Positions 1 through 10,684 are shown, numbered from the stretch's first letter. The stretch is 64,000 nucleotides of DNA from an uncultured Desulfatitalea sp. (GCA_963668675.2 CAXXMB010000002.1:1376001-1440000); one strand, 5' to 3'. Notes: generated by a model from the letters alone, not told the origin. A program made the numbers and translations.

Positions 1-3000
1 GTCCAGGCTGCCCATGGCCACCACCTCACCTCCGTTGGCACCGGCCCCGGGGCCCAAATCGATCACCGTGTCGGCCGCCCGGATGGTCTCCTCGTCGTGC
101 TCTACGACGATGATGGTGTTGCCGCGATCGCGCAGCTCGCCCAGCGCATCCACCAGAATGTGGTTGTCCCTGGCGTGCAGACCGATGGTGGGTTCGTCCA
201 AAATGTAGGTTACCCCGGTCAGATTGGAGCCGAGTTGGGCGGCCAGGCGCACGCGTTGGGCCTCGCCCCCCGACAGGGTGTTGCCCGAACGCGACAGGGC
301 CAGATAGCCGAGCCCCAGCCGGTTCATCAATGCCAACCGGGTCTTGAGTTCAGTCACGATAGGATCGGCCAGGGGCCGCTGGTGATCGGGAAAGGCCAAC
401 CGCTCCAGCGCAGGCAGCAAATCAGCCGCAGGCTGCTTGACCAGGTCCCATATGGTTTGCCCCTGGACCCGAACCGACAGGGCCTCGGGCCGCAATCGAC
501 TGCCGTGGCATTCAGCACAAATTGTTGCGCGCTCCCCCTCCTCATGCTCATCCACACCGACCACCCCCAGCCCATCGCAGCTGCGGCATGCGCCCTGGGG
601 AGAATTGAACGAGAAGAGCCGCGGATCGCCCTGTACCGCCCCGACACCGCACGACGGGCAGCGGCCGTGGACGCTGAACATCTCCTCGCTCCCGCTTTTG
701 GGGTCGTAGACGATCAAGCTGCCGTTCCCCTCCTTCAAGGCATCGGTTACGATATGCGCCAGACGCTGTGCGGCGCCGCGCCCCTTGGGCGTCTGCCCCA
801 CCACCAGATCGATGTAATGGTCATGGTAGCGGGTCAGGGCCATGCCCGCCTTGAGATCGACCACCTCTCCGTCGATGCGCGCCTGCCGGTATCCCATCTT
901 GATCGCCCGGGCCAAAAGATCCTTATGAAATCCCTTGCGCCCAGAGATTTGGGGGGCCAGGAGCAGCACCTGTCGCCGGCCGTAACGGGCCGCAATCTGA
1001 CCCTTCAGGTCGCCGGCGCTCTGCCGCGACAACGCTCGGTGGCATCCCGGGCAATAGGAGGTGCCCAGTTTGGAGAAGAGCAGCCTCAGGAAGTGGTAGA
1101 TTTCGGTCAAGGTCGCCACGGTGGATCGGCGGCTGCTGTGGCTGATACGCTGCTCGATGGCCACGGTGGGCGACAGGCCGGTGACCAGGTCCACCTCGGG
1201 CCGTTCGAGAATCTTCATGTACTGACGCACATAGGGCGCCAAACTCTCCAGGTAACGGCGCTGCCCCTCGGCAAAGAGGATGTCGAAGGCCAGGGTCGAC
1301 TTACCCGACCCGCTCACGCCGGTGAAGACCACCAACTGGTTGTGGGGCACGGCCAGGTCCACATTTTTCAAATTGTGCTCCCGGGCCCCGCGGACATGGA
1401 TGGCTTGACCATTGCCTGAAGGAGTCGGCGTTTTGACACGCGTTACAATCTTTTCTACACCGCCCTTCAAATAGGGTTGCAGGAATCGTCCCGTGTGTGA
1501 TTCCGATTCAGCGGCGATCTTCTCCGGCGGACCGGCCACCACCACCCGCCCACCATTATCACCCCCTTCAGGCCCCAAATCGATCACCCAATCGGCCGAT
1601 TTGATCACGTCCAGGTGGTGTTCGATGATCAGGATGCTGTTGCCCTCGTCCACCAGGCGCTGCAACACGCGAAGCAAAGTGGCGACATCCTCCAGATGCA
1701 GGCCGGTGGTGGGTTCGTCGAAGATCAGCAGTCGGTCCGGGCGGCCGGCGCCCAGGTAGCGCGACAACTTGAGCCGCTGGGCTTCACCGCCGGAAAAGGT
1801 GGAGATCGGCTGCCCCAGGCGCAGGTATCCCAAGCCCACATCCACCAGTGGCTGGAGGGCGGCAATGATTTTAGGCTGATCCTCGAAGAAGAGCAGGGCT
1901 TGATCCACCGTCAATTGAAGAATCTGGTGGATGTTGTGCTTCCGGTAGGTCACCTCCAGCACCTCGGGTTTGAAACGCTGCCCCCTGCAATCAGGGCAGG
2001 AGACGAGCACATCGGAGAGAAACTGCATCTCGATCTTCTCGAAGCCCTCCCCCTTGCAGGTGTCGCAGCGCCCCACCGCGACATTAAAAGAGAAGTGTCC
2101 CGGACCAAAGCCCCTCTTGCCGGCACTCTCCGTGGCCGCCAACAGTTTGCGGATCGGATCCATCGCCTTGGTGTAGGTGAGCACATTGGCCCGTGGGGTG
2201 CGACCGATGGGCCGCTGGTCCACCAGTTCGACCCGTTGAATCCGGTCGCCGCCATCGATGCGGCGGAACTTGCCCGGCCGGCCCTGTCCCTCGCCAAGCT
2301 GCCGCTTGAGCCCCTTGTAGAGAATCTCTTCGGCCAACGTGGATTTACCCGAACCGCTCACGCCGGTCAGACAGACCAGCACCCCCAGAGGCAGACGCAC
2401 ATCGATCTGTTGCAAGTTGTGCTCGGCGGCGCCCCGGATGGTTAACCAATGGCCGCGCTTAGGAGATCTGCGCTGCTGCGGCAGTTCAATCGCGCGCTTG
2501 CCGGAGAGATACTGGCCGGTCAACGATCCGTCGGCCTCGGCCAGCGGTCCGAAGAACATTACCTGGCCACCCTGCTCACCGGCTCGCGGTCCCAGATCGA
2601 GAAGAAAATCGGCCGAACGGATGATGGCCGGATCGTGCTCGACCACCACGATGGTGTTGGGCAGATCACGCAGCCGCTGCAAAATCCGGGTCAGGCGCTC
2701 GTTGTCCCTGGGGTGCAGGCCGATGCTCGGTTCATCCAAAACATAGAGCGTGTTGACCAGCGATGCGCCCAGGGCCGAGGCCAGGGCCACCCGTTGCACC
2801 TCGCCGCCCGACAGAGTGCGCGACTGTCTATCCAGGGTAAGATAGCCCAACCCAACATCCTTCAGGTAACGCAAACGCCCCAGAATCTCTTCGAGCACCA
2901 GCCCGGTGGCCTCGTCCCAACTGCTGCCGGGCAGCACCTCGAAATAGGCCAGGGCCTGATCCACATTGAATGCGTACAACTCTGCAACGGTGCGACCCGC

Positions 3001-4197
3001 CACATGGTAGAGCAGCGTCTCGGGCTTGAAACGCGTACCGTCGCACTCCGTACAGATATCGTAGCTGCGGTAGCGAGACAGAAAAACCCGCACGTGCATC
3101 TTATAGCTTCGGCTCTCCAGCCATTGGAAAAACCCTCGAATGCCGTAATAGCTTTCGGTCCCCTCGATGATGGCTTTGCGTTGTCCCTCCGGGAGTCGAC
3201 TGAACGGCTTGTCCATGGGGATACCGGCCTTGCGGCAGAACTTGTTCAGGTCCCTGTATTCGAATCGGGCCTCCTCAACTCCGCCAAACGGTTTGATGGC
3301 CCCCTGATCCAGGGAGAGTTCGCCATCGGGAATGATCAGGTCCAGATCCATATCGATAACCCGACCGAAGCCGCGGCAGGTCTCGCAGGCCCCCAGCGGA
3401 CTGTTAAACGAGAAGAGGTTGGGCAGCGGCGGCGTATAGTCGATGTCACAAGCGGCGCAATGCAGCCGATTGGAAAAGGAGTGGCGCCCACCCCCATCTA
3501 TCCAGACATCGACACGGCCGCCGCCAAAACGAAAAGCCGTCTCCAGCGAGTCGACCAAGCGCTGTTGCTGGCCGCTCCCCGCCTCAGTGCGGTCGGCCAC
3601 CACAGACAGGGTCTTCTCACAAGCCTTGCCAGACAGTTCGTTCAACTCCTGAACACTCTCACCGCTCCATATGCGGTCATACCCCATCCGCATCAACTCC
3701 TTGCGACCGGCAATGACATCTTCCCCGCAATGAAAAGGAAAGGTGATCACCAGGCGCCGCCCATCAGCCTCCCTATTCAAACGACGGGCGATCTGCTCGG
3801 GCGCATCGGGCCGGACCGGCTGCCCGCAACTCCGGCAGCGCAAGACCCCTTGACGGGCGAAAAGCAACTTCACGTAGTCGGTCAGCTCGGTCATGGTACC
3901 CACCGACGAGCGCGAGGTACGCACCGGGTCCTTGCGGTCGATGGCAATGGCCGGCGGAACCCCGAGGATCTGATCCACCTGCGGCCGGTCCATACGGTCC
4001 ATAAATTGACGTGCATAGGGAGAGAACGTCTCTACATAGCGACGCTGGCCCTCGGCATAGAGCGTGTCGAAAGCCAGGGAAGATTTGCCCGAACCGCTCA
4101 CACCTGTGACCACGGTGAGCCGGTTGAGGGGGATGTCCAGATCGAACCCTTTGAGATTGTTCTGGCGGACGCCGCGCAGTTGAATCGATGGTGCCAT
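1..4197 (-). CDS. uvrA: Excinuclease ABC subunit A, double-length (tandem UvrA modules); 3' end runs off the window
   Basis: Manual minus-strand translation from ATG 4197: MAPSIQLRGVRQNNLKGFDLDIPLNRLTVVTGVSGSGKSSLAFDTL. A second UvrA N-terminus begins near 1395: VRGAREHNLKNVDL...FTGVSGSGKSTLAFDILFAEGQRRY. Missing from the ORF track because there is no stop inside the window. Confidence 0.93.
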   Translation of the reverse strand, partial: MAPSIQLRGVRQNNLKGFDLDIPLNRLTVVTGVSGSGKSSLAFDTLYAEGQRRYVETFSPYARQFMDRMDRPQVDQILGVPPAIAIDRKDPVRTSRSSVGTMTELTDYVKLLFARQGVLRCRSCGQPVRPDAPEQIARRLNREADGRRLVITFPFHCGEDVIAGRKELMRMGYDRIWSGESVQELNELSGKACEKTLSVVADRTEAGSGQQQRLVDSLETAFRFGGGRVDVWIDGGGRHSFSNRLHCAACDIDYTPPLPNLFSFNSPLGACETCRGFGRVIDMDLDLIIPDGELSLDQGAIKPFGGVEEARFEYRDLNKFCRKAGIPMDKPFSRLPEGQRKAIIEGTESYYGIRGFFQWLESRSYKMHVRVFLSRYRSYDICTECDGTRFKPETLLYHVAGRTVAELYAFNVDQALAYFEVLPGSSWDEATGLVLEEILGRLRYLKDVGLGYLTLDRQSRTLSGGEVQRVALASALGASLVNTLYVLDEPSIGLHPRDNERLTRILQRLRDLPNTIVVVEHDPAIIRSADFLLDLGPRAGEQGGQVMFFGPLAEADGSLTGQYLSGKRAIELPQQRRSPKRGHWLTIRGAAEHNLQQIDVRLPLGVLVCLTGVSGSGKSTLAEEILYKGLKRQLGEGQGRPGKFRRIDGGDRIQRVELVDQRPIGRTPRANVLTYTKAMDPIRKLLAATESAGKRGFGPGHFSFNVAVGRCDTCKGEGFEKIEMQFLSDVLVSCPDCRGQRFKPEVLEVTYRKHNIHQILQLTVDQALLFFEDQPKIIAALQPLVDVGLGYLRLGQPISTFSGGEAQRLKLSRYLGAGRPDRLLIFDEPTTGLHLEDVATLLRVLQRLVDEGNSILIIEHHLDVIKSADWVIDLGPEGGDNGGRVVVAGPPEKIAAESESHTGRFLQPYLKGGVEKIVTRVKTPTPSGNGQAIHVRGAREHNLKNVDLAVPHNQLVVFTGVSGSGKSTLAFDILFAEGQRRYLESLAPYVRQYMKILERPEVDLVTGLSPTVAIEQRISHSSRRSTVATLTEIYHFLRLLFSKLGTSYCPGCHRALSRQSAGDLKGQIAARYGRRQVLLLAPQISGRKGFHKDLLARAIKMGYRQARIDGEVVDLKAGMALTRYHDHYIDLVVGQTPKGRGAAQRLAHIVTDALKEGNGSLIVYDPKSGSEEMFSVHGRCPSCGVGAVQGDPRLFSFNSPQGACRSCDGLGVVGVDEHEEGERATICAECHGSRLRPEALSVRVQGQTIWDLVKQPAADLLPALERLAFPDHQRPLADPIVTELKTRLALMNRLGLGYLALSRSGNTLSGGEAQRVRLAAQLGSNLTGVTYILDEPTIGLHARDNHILVDALGELRDRGNTIIVVEHDEETIRAADTVIDLGPGAGANGGEVVAMGSLD

Positions 4198-4458
4198 TTA
4201 TCCGTCCTTTGCAATTTCTGAAAATACAGGAGCGCTTCAGCTTATCCGACGAACCACCAATATAAGGCAGAATACTGAATTGGCACTGCCGGCCATTTCA
4301 CTTTAAGTCAACCGGCATTCAACCGAATCACCGGATCATTGCTGTTATCGAGCAATTTGACTTCCGTGCAGGGTTATCGTATTTTGGCGCGCTTTAGACA
4401 GTGACATCCGAACCGGTATGAGTATCCAATAAACACTCCTGCTGCGAACAAGTTTGAA

Positions 4459-5082
4459 ATGGGGCAGTTGATAAACTTCTTGAGGGAATACTTCTGCGGG
4501 ATGAATGGTTTGACCGAGATCCGACCGGAGTTGAATACGGCCAACCTGCGCCGGGTCATCACTCTTCTGATCGCCGTATCATGCTTGGCAACGGCTGTTC
4601 CTTCCACCGTCTGTGCCGATGACGATGGGTGGTTTTCCGCCGGGGTTCGCGGGGGCGTCGGCAAATCCCGCAAAAGCGAACCGTTTTCCAAATATGAAGC
4701 CTATCTCGCCTATGGTTTTTCGCCATTTTGGGAATCGAAAACCAAATGGGCGCTCGGGCCTTCTATAGGCGCCAGTGCAGGAAAACTGGTTTGTGAGATG
4801 GATGCCTTCGCCGGATCGGCGGGAGGGGGCCTCTATCTGGTCTCTCCGAGCAAGCAGCTGTCGATTACCCTGACGCTCTACGCCACCTATATCGACCGAT
4901 GGTTGTTTCCCAATGTGCATCTCGGCGGACCGCTCCAGTTTACATCGAATCTGGGGTTCCACTACTCTTTTTCCAGATCCGTCATCATCGGATACAACTA
5001 TGAACACATTTCCAACGCAGGTTTCTACGATTATAACCCCGGTATCAATAACCACCTGATTGAGCTACAGTACCGTTTCTGA
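4459..5082 (+). CDS. PagL-like lipid A 3-O-deacylase / acyloxyacyl hydrolase family outer-membrane beta-barrel (start may be downstream, e.g. 4501)
   Basis: Signal-peptide-like segment; LGGPLQFTSNLG and YEHISNAG...NPGIN motifs; C-terminal YRF typical of outer-membrane barrels. Confidence 0.78.
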   Translation: MGQLINFLREYFCGMNGLTEIRPELNTANLRRVITLLIAVSCLATAVPSTVCADDDGWFSAGVRGGVGKSRKSEPFSKYEAYLAYGFSPFWESKTKWALGPSIGASAGKLVCEMDAFAGSAGGGLYLVSPSKQLSITLTLYATYIDRWLFPNVHLGGPLQFTSNLGFHYSFSRSVIIGYNYEHISNAGFYDYNPGINNHLIELQYRF

Positions 5083-5127
5083 AACCCGATGTGGCCCGAT
5101 TGTGGTCCGTATGAGGCAGCCCGTGTC

Positions 5128-6270
5128 TCACCGCAGCCCGGCATCGGAGGCGGCATCCAATAGTGCTCGCCAAGCCTCCTTTTCAACGCTGTCGGCATAA
5201 CGCAGCCCCAACGTCGCCAGATACTCCCTGAAATTGTCGCCGGAGACCCCGTAGTAGCCCACCAGCGTATCCACCAGGCCATCGGAGAGGTCGTGAAGCA
5301 AAAACAGATTGAGAAACGGGATGGCGCCGTCGCTGTCGACCCAGGCGGTGAAGACGTGGCTGACAAATTCCGCCTGGCTCGCCTCCGAGCTGCCGAGCAC
5401 TGTCGAGGCCGGATAGCCAACCTCCTGCAGCACAAGAGGCTTTCCGGCCGCAAACTGAATCAACGCCGGAAAATCCGAAAGCGGCCGTTTGGAAGGCCTC
5501 ACCGTGAAATCAGGTTGCAACGGGTAGTAGGTGGCAATCACCACATCACTGCAACGGTTAAGATCATACCACGTCATGGCGTCGACGCCGAGCAAAGCGT
5601 CCGAGGTAATCGTAACCCCAACCGCCACTCCCGGGAAATGGGTGTGAAGGTAGTCGACCGCATCCGCATAAAAGCTCGTGTAAGCCGATAGCTCCGAGGC
5701 ATGGATTCCGGTAAAATAGCCATCCACCTCATTACCAATGGAGATGAAGGCAACCCGCCCCTGCATCAAAGGAATCAGCTGATCCAGAAGGGCATGCATG
5801 CGGCTGATCATGGTCGCTGAGTTCCACGCTTGATTGACCAGATCGGACGGCACCGCCCGGGCCACCGTATTGATCACCTGAAGCCCTACCAGCACGGTGA
5901 GATTTTCATCCTCGGCATGCGCCATCGTGTCGCTGAAATTTTGCAGCTCATAGTCCCCGGCACTCGGCTCCAACTCGCTCCAGGTGTAGGAACTGAACTG
6001 ACCGTTTACGCCGGCCAACTGAGCCAGAACGAACGCATCCAAATAGCGCTCCAGTATCTCATTTGAATCAGTCGTGGCAGGTTCGGTCTGGACGCTTGCA
6101 GAGATCGAAAAAATCCCAGACGGATCCGTGGACGGCTCTCCAGGTAGCTCTTCGTCATTCCCAGCGCCGCCGCACCCCATCAAAAACACAGCGAGTCCAA
6201 TCGCCAAAATTAACCGCGCCCCAATGCATCGAATATTCCAGATCATGCCTGCGCCCTTTCTCCGACTCAT
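5128..6270 (-). CDS. Lipoprotein with glycoside-hydrolase-like TIM barrel (clan GH-A-like); alternative start 6246
   Basis: Lipobox FLMG-C; WSELEP..G.Y, ISIGNEVD (acid/base NE) and PLVLQEVGYP (nucleophile E) motifs. Confidence 0.7.
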   Translation of the reverse strand: MSRRKGAGMIWNIRCIGARLILAIGLAVFLMGCGGAGNDEELPGEPSTDPSGIFSISASVQTEPATTDSNEILERYLDAFVLAQLAGVNGQFSSYTWSELEPSAGDYELQNFSDTMAHAEDENLTVLVGLQVINTVARAVPSDLVNQAWNSATMISRMHALLDQLIPLMQGRVAFISIGNEVDGYFTGIHASELSAYTSFYADAVDYLHTHFPGVAVGVTITSDALLGVDAMTWYDLNRCSDVVIATYYPLQPDFTVRPSKRPLSDFPALIQFAAGKPLVLQEVGYPASTVLGSSEASQAEFVSHVFTAWVDSDGAIPFLNLFLLHDLSDGLVDTLVGYYGVSGDNFREYLATLGLRYADSVEKEAWRALLDAASDAGLR

Positions 6271-6374
6271 GCCTTACCCTTCAAACACCGCCTTGCGGTC
6301 GTTCGTTGAACACCAATTGCTCGAAAATCATTTTCTTTCAAGATACCTCATAAAGGTTTAGTTGTTTGCGGAAC

Positions 6375-7136
6375 TCAGGTCGTCAATGCCCCCCCATCCA
6401 CATAAATGGTATGTCCAGTCATATAGCTCGCCTCATCCGAAGCCAGAAAAAGCACGGCCGGGACGATCTCCTCCGGTTCGCCGATACGCCCCATGGGCAG
6501 CAGAGAGGTGACATGCTTCTCGATATCCGGGTTGGACCAGATCGGCTTGCTGAAATCGGTCCGCGTCAACCCCGGCCCCACCGCATTGACCTGGATACCA
6601 AACGCCGCCCACTCCCGCGCCATGCAGCGGGTGAGCATCTTCAAAGCGGCTTTACTACACCCGTAGGCGGCCATCCCCAACTCGGCCTTTTCAGCGCCAA
6701 CGGTCGTGATATTGATAATCCGGCCGCTCTTCTGCTCCATCATCTGACGCGCCACCGCCCGGCTCAAAAGCCACACCGCCTTTACGTTGGTATCGAACAC
6801 CTTGTCCCAGCCATCCTCGCGCAGATCCATCAGGCTGCGCAAAAAGCTGCGGGCCGCGTTGTTCACCAGAATGTCGATGCGGCCATACTTCTTTATGGTC
6901 TCGGCAGCAAGCTGTTCGAGCTGGCTGCCGTCGGTCAAATCCGTCACCATGGGCAATGCGTCGCCCCCGGCCGCCCGAATCTCCTCGGCCACGGCATTGA
7001 CCTGCTCTGCCGTTCGACTGGCGACGACCACCGATGTACCCGCTTTGGCCAAACCCAGTGCAATCGCCCGGCCGATTCCTCTTCCGCCGCCGGTTACAAT
7101 GGCGACTTTGCCCGCAAAATTGAAGGTGGTACTCAT
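6375..7136 (-). CDS. Short-chain dehydrogenase/reductase (SDR)
   Basis: TGGGRGIG, LVNNA, YGCSK, VNAVGPG and VDGG motifs; RBS AGGAG upstream. Confidence 0.93.
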   Translation of the reverse strand: MSTTFNFAGKVAIVTGGGRGIGRAIALGLAKAGTSVVVASRTAEQVNAVAEEIRAAGGDALPMVTDLTDGSQLEQLAAETIKKYGRIDILVNNAARSFLRSLMDLREDGWDKVFDTNVKAVWLLSRAVARQMMEQKSGRIINITTVGAEKAELGMAAYGCSKAALKMLTRCMAREWAAFGIQVNAVGPGLTRTDFSKPIWSNPDIEKHVTSLLPMGRIGEPEEIVPAVLFLASDEASYMTGHTIYVDGGALTT

Positions 7137-7223
7137 GCTGGTCTCCTTTCTTTTATGTGTGGGTGAATCGATTCAACCCCTCCTGGGTAATTTCAGCACG
7201 TTGGAAATATCACGCTATCGTCT

Positions 7224-8513
7224 TTACCCGAACAGATAGAGACACGCCACGATAGCACCGACGACGCCGGCCACATCGGCCGTCAGGGCCGCCGCCAGGG
7301 TGTGGCGGATGCGCCTGATCTGGACGGCGCCGTAGTAGACGGCCAGCACATAGAACGTGGTCTCGGTGGACCCCTGCAAGGTGCTGACCAGGTATCCGGC
7401 ATAGCTGTCCGGCCCGATGCTCGGATCGTTAATAATGGCCGCCATGATGCCGTATGCGCCCGATCCGGAAAGGGGCCGCATCAGGGCCATGGGCAGCGCC
7501 TCGGCCGGCAATCCCAACGGCGCGGTGACGGCGCCCAGCACCCCCACCAAAACATCCATAGCGCCTGAAGCCCGCAACATCCCCACCGCCACCAGTATGG
7601 CCACCAGATAGGGAATAATGCGCAAGGCCACCTGAAACCCCTCCTTGGCCCCCTCGACCAACACTTCATAAACACGTACCCGGCGGATAGCGCCAAAGGC
7701 CAGGAAAAATAGCATCAGGCCGGGCACGATCCACGGGGAGACGGCTTGGCCAAAGAGGATAGCCAGAGGCACCATCGCACCCAAAGCCGCCAGGGCGGCA
7801 ATGCTGACCCAAAGCGGGTAGGCCTCCCTCTGATCATCGACCGGATCATCGGCCAACGCCTTGCTCTCATACGATCTCTCTTCCGCTTGATTTTCCACCG
7901 CCTGTAACGGTGCCAGGCGACGATAGAGCTTGGCGGCAATGATGGCGACGGTCGTGGAACAGATGGTGGCAAAAAGGGTGGTCGGCAAAATCCCGGCCGG
8001 GTCCGTCGAACCGGCGGCCGCCCGGATGGCGATCACCCCCGTGGGCAACAGCGTGATGGAGGAGGTGTTGATGGCCAGAAAGAGCGCCATGGCATCGGTG
8101 GACGTACCTTTGCGCGGATTGAGCTTGTCCAGCTCCTGCATGGCCCGGATGCCGAACGGCGTGGCCGCATTGCCCAAGCCGAGGGCGTTGGCCGACAGGT
8201 TAAGGATCATCGCCCCCATGGCCGGATGATCGGCAGGCACATCAGGGAACAGGCGCACCATCAACGGCCGGATCAGACGCGCCAGGATTTTGAGCATACC
8301 ACCGGCCTCGGCCACCTTCATCAACCCCAAAAAGAGGGTCATGACGCCCACCAGGCCGATGGCCAGATCGACAGCCCCGGCCGCCGCCTCGATCATCGCC
8401 GTGGAGAGGGCCGACATGGGCGCTACCACCCCATCCACCGGCATCCATGTCAACTGGCGCCAGGCGGCAAACGCAAAGGCTACACCGACCATGGCAAGAA
8501 AAACAATATTCAT
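7224..8513 (-). CDS. SpmA/SpmB fusion membrane protein (nucleoside recognition Gate domains)
   Basis: ANALGLGNAATPFGIRAM (SpmA) plus RPLSGSGA and GSTETTFYVLAVYYG (SpmB); start placed at MNIVF. Confidence 0.85.
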   Translation of the reverse strand: MNIVFLAMVGVAFAFAAWRQLTWMPVDGVVAPMSALSTAMIEAAAGAVDLAIGLVGVMTLFLGLMKVAEAGGMLKILARLIRPLMVRLFPDVPADHPAMGAMILNLSANALGLGNAATPFGIRAMQELDKLNPRKGTSTDAMALFLAINTSSITLLPTGVIAIRAAAGSTDPAGILPTTLFATICSTTVAIIAAKLYRRLAPLQAVENQAEERSYESKALADDPVDDQREAYPLWVSIAALAALGAMVPLAILFGQAVSPWIVPGLMLFFLAFGAIRRVRVYEVLVEGAKEGFQVALRIIPYLVAILVAVGMLRASGAMDVLVGVLGAVTAPLGLPAEALPMALMRPLSGSGAYGIMAAIINDPSIGPDSYAGYLVSTLQGSTETTFYVLAVYYGAVQIRRIRHTLAAALTADVAGVVGAIVACLYLFG

Positions 8514-8807
8514 AGCAGACCGTTTCAGAAGGTTAACCTGCATGCTGCAAATCGCCGGGCGAAACACTGGAGCTCAGCAGGCTGTTCGTGTCCTTCTCTT
8601 TTACCTCATCAGCGCCGATTCTTCAATTTTCATCTCCAGTCCACCCGGTTCGAAAACCGCAAGAAACACCATATTCTTCCTTCGAACCAGCTTGATGTGG
8701 CGCCAGTTCATCATCACGATGCACACCTTTTGCAAAATCGCCATCAGTAGGATATGGGTGAATAAAACTCAAACCCATCCGGAAACGATCGCGGGAGCGG
8801 CAACCAC

Positions 8808-9416
8808 ATGAACATCCTCGTCATCTTGGGACATCCCGACCCGGACAGTTTTAACCACGCCATCGCCCGGTCGGTATGCAAAACACTCGAGAACAGCAAT
8901 CATGAAGTCATCTTCCACGATCTGTACCAGGAACGATTCGATCCGCTCCTACCGGCAGAAGAGATCGCCGAGACCGGGCCGGTGCCGGCAGTGATTCGCA
9001 ACCACTGTGAAGAGCTCCAGTCCGCCGATGGCCTCGTCATCGTGCACCCCAATTGGTGGGGACAACCACCGGCCATCCTCAAAGGCTGGATCGACCGCGT
9101 CATCCGACCAGGTGTGGCTTATCGCTTTGAGGAAGAGGACAACGGAGAGGGCATTCCCATCGGCCTTTTAAAGGCCCGCCTGGCGCTCATCCTGAATACC
9201 TCCAACACGCCAACACCGCGCGAGCAGCAAGTCTTCGGAGATCCCCTCGAGACGTTGTGGAAAATGTGCATCTTCGATCTGTGCGGCGTCTCCCATGTAC
9301 ACCGCCGCATGTTCAATATCATCTGCACCAGCACCATGGCTCAGAGAGAGAAATGGCTCGCGGAGGCAGTCGCTTTGACTGAAGAGTTGTTTCCCGATTC
9401 GGGTGTTGGAGGATAA
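8808..9416 (+). CDS. NAD(P)H-dependent oxidoreductase, flavodoxin-like fold
   Basis: ILGHPDPDSFNHAI, DLY..RFDP and PNWWGQPPAILKGWIDRV motifs. Confidence 0.9.
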   Translation: MNILVILGHPDPDSFNHAIARSVCKTLENSNHEVIFHDLYQERFDPLLPAEEIAETGPVPAVIRNHCEELQSADGLVIVHPNWWGQPPAILKGWIDRVIRPGVAYRFEEEDNGEGIPIGLLKARLALILNTSNTPTPREQQVFGDPLETLWKMCIFDLCGVSHVHRRMFNIICTSTMAQREKWLAEAVALTEELFPDSGVGG

Positions 9417-9507
9417 AAAGCGATCGATAAAATCAGCTTCATTTATTCACGTAACACTTTTCACTTTACACTTAAAGCTTCCGGCGAAGCCGGCGGAGAC
9501 AAATCCC

Positions 9508-9927
9508 ATGCAACTGTCACGTTCCGATTTCTCTTTCTTCTTCCCCCTGCGCGTCAGATACGCCGAAGTCGATTTGCAAGGGGTCGTATTCAACGCCCAC
9601 TACCTGACCTATTTCGACACAGCCATTACTGAATTCCTGAGAAGCACAGGGTACAGTTACAAAGCGCTTTTCACCACACGCGACCTCGACTTCCATCTGG
9701 TCAAGGCCACGGTCGAGTATCTGCGTCCCGTGGGTTTCGACAAACAGATAGAAATCGGGGTGACCGTGGCGCGCATCGGCACATCGAGCGCCACGTTTGC
9801 GCTGGGCGTCTTCGAAAAGGATGAGGAGACGTGCCGCGCAATGGGTGAAATCGTTTGGGTCTGCGCGAAGAAGGGCGCCCATAAATCCCATCCGATACCG
9901 GACGACTTCAAGGCGATCTTCGAATAG
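9508..9927 (+). CDS. Acyl-CoA thioesterase (YbgC/4HBT hot-dog family)
   Basis: RVRYAEVDLQGVVFNAHYLTYFD motif; ATG 9508 with GGAG upstream. Confidence 0.88.
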   Translation: MQLSRSDFSFFFPLRVRYAEVDLQGVVFNAHYLTYFDTAITEFLRSTGYSYKALFTTRDLDFHLVKATVEYLRPVGFDKQIEIGVTVARIGTSSATFALGVFEKDEETCRAMGEIVWVCAKKGAHKSHPIPDDFKAIFE

Positions 9928-9967
9928 CGGCGATCCGAGTATCAATCGAATCATGAAAGGAGGGACC

Positions 9968-10684
9968 ATGAGCGAAAGGTATGATTTAGACAGAATCTTT
10001 GCCTTGATCATGAAGACGATGGCGGAGACCGGACAGGCCCCGCACTATATCGATGTGGCCAGAAAACTGAAAATCTCCATGGAAGAGGGCCGCAAATCAG
10101 TGCACGCGCTCTTTAAAGCAGGCGTCCCTGGCTGGCTGTACCCTGGAGGTGACCTGATCGTATCGTTTGCACCGTTCAATAACCTTCCCACGCAGTTCCG
10201 AATTTCGGTGGATGGGCAGCAGAAGTGGTTTGGCCAGTGAGCCTTCGAATCGCTGGCGGTCAGCTGGCTTTTCCCCGGGAAAACGGTTCAGATCGACACC
10301 CCCTGCCCGGATTGCGGCGAACCCATTCGCATCGAGATTCGTGACGGCGTGATAGAGCAACAGGAACCGGACGGCATTATCGGCCATGTATCGGTTCCTT
10401 TTGTGAAATGGTTAACCGACATCCCCTTTGCCTGAAGTACCATGCTCTTCTTCCGGTCGGAAGAACACCGGCAACGCTGGGCCCAATTCACCCCAGAGGT
10501 GGCAGAGGGCCATATCCCCCTTTCCGAACTGGTCAAGCTCTTTTCCGGGGACTATTTCAAACGACGCCTGGACCCGGACTATATGTCCCATATCCGTGAG
10601 TATGAAAGCGGATTCATCAACGACCTTCGCCAGATAAAAGAGGCGGGGAGGTTTTGGAACCTGCAGGCGAATGCGGATGAATAG
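9968..10684 (+). CDS. MerB (alkylmercury lyase)-like selenoprotein, 238 aa, with two in-frame UGA (Sec91, Sec156)
   Basis: One frame from ATG 9968 (RBS AAGGAGG) through TGA 10238 and TGA 10433 to TAG 10684: ...SFAPFNNLPTQFRISVDGQQKWFGQ-U-AFESLAV...TPCPDCGEPIRIEI...PFA-U-STMLFFRSEEH. Hairpins follow both UGAs. Confidence 0.82.

Noticed and set aside
97..4221. Long plus-strand ORFs (97-1419, 1615-2445, 2449-4221)
   Set aside because: Antisense shadows of uvrA; no recognisable motifs.
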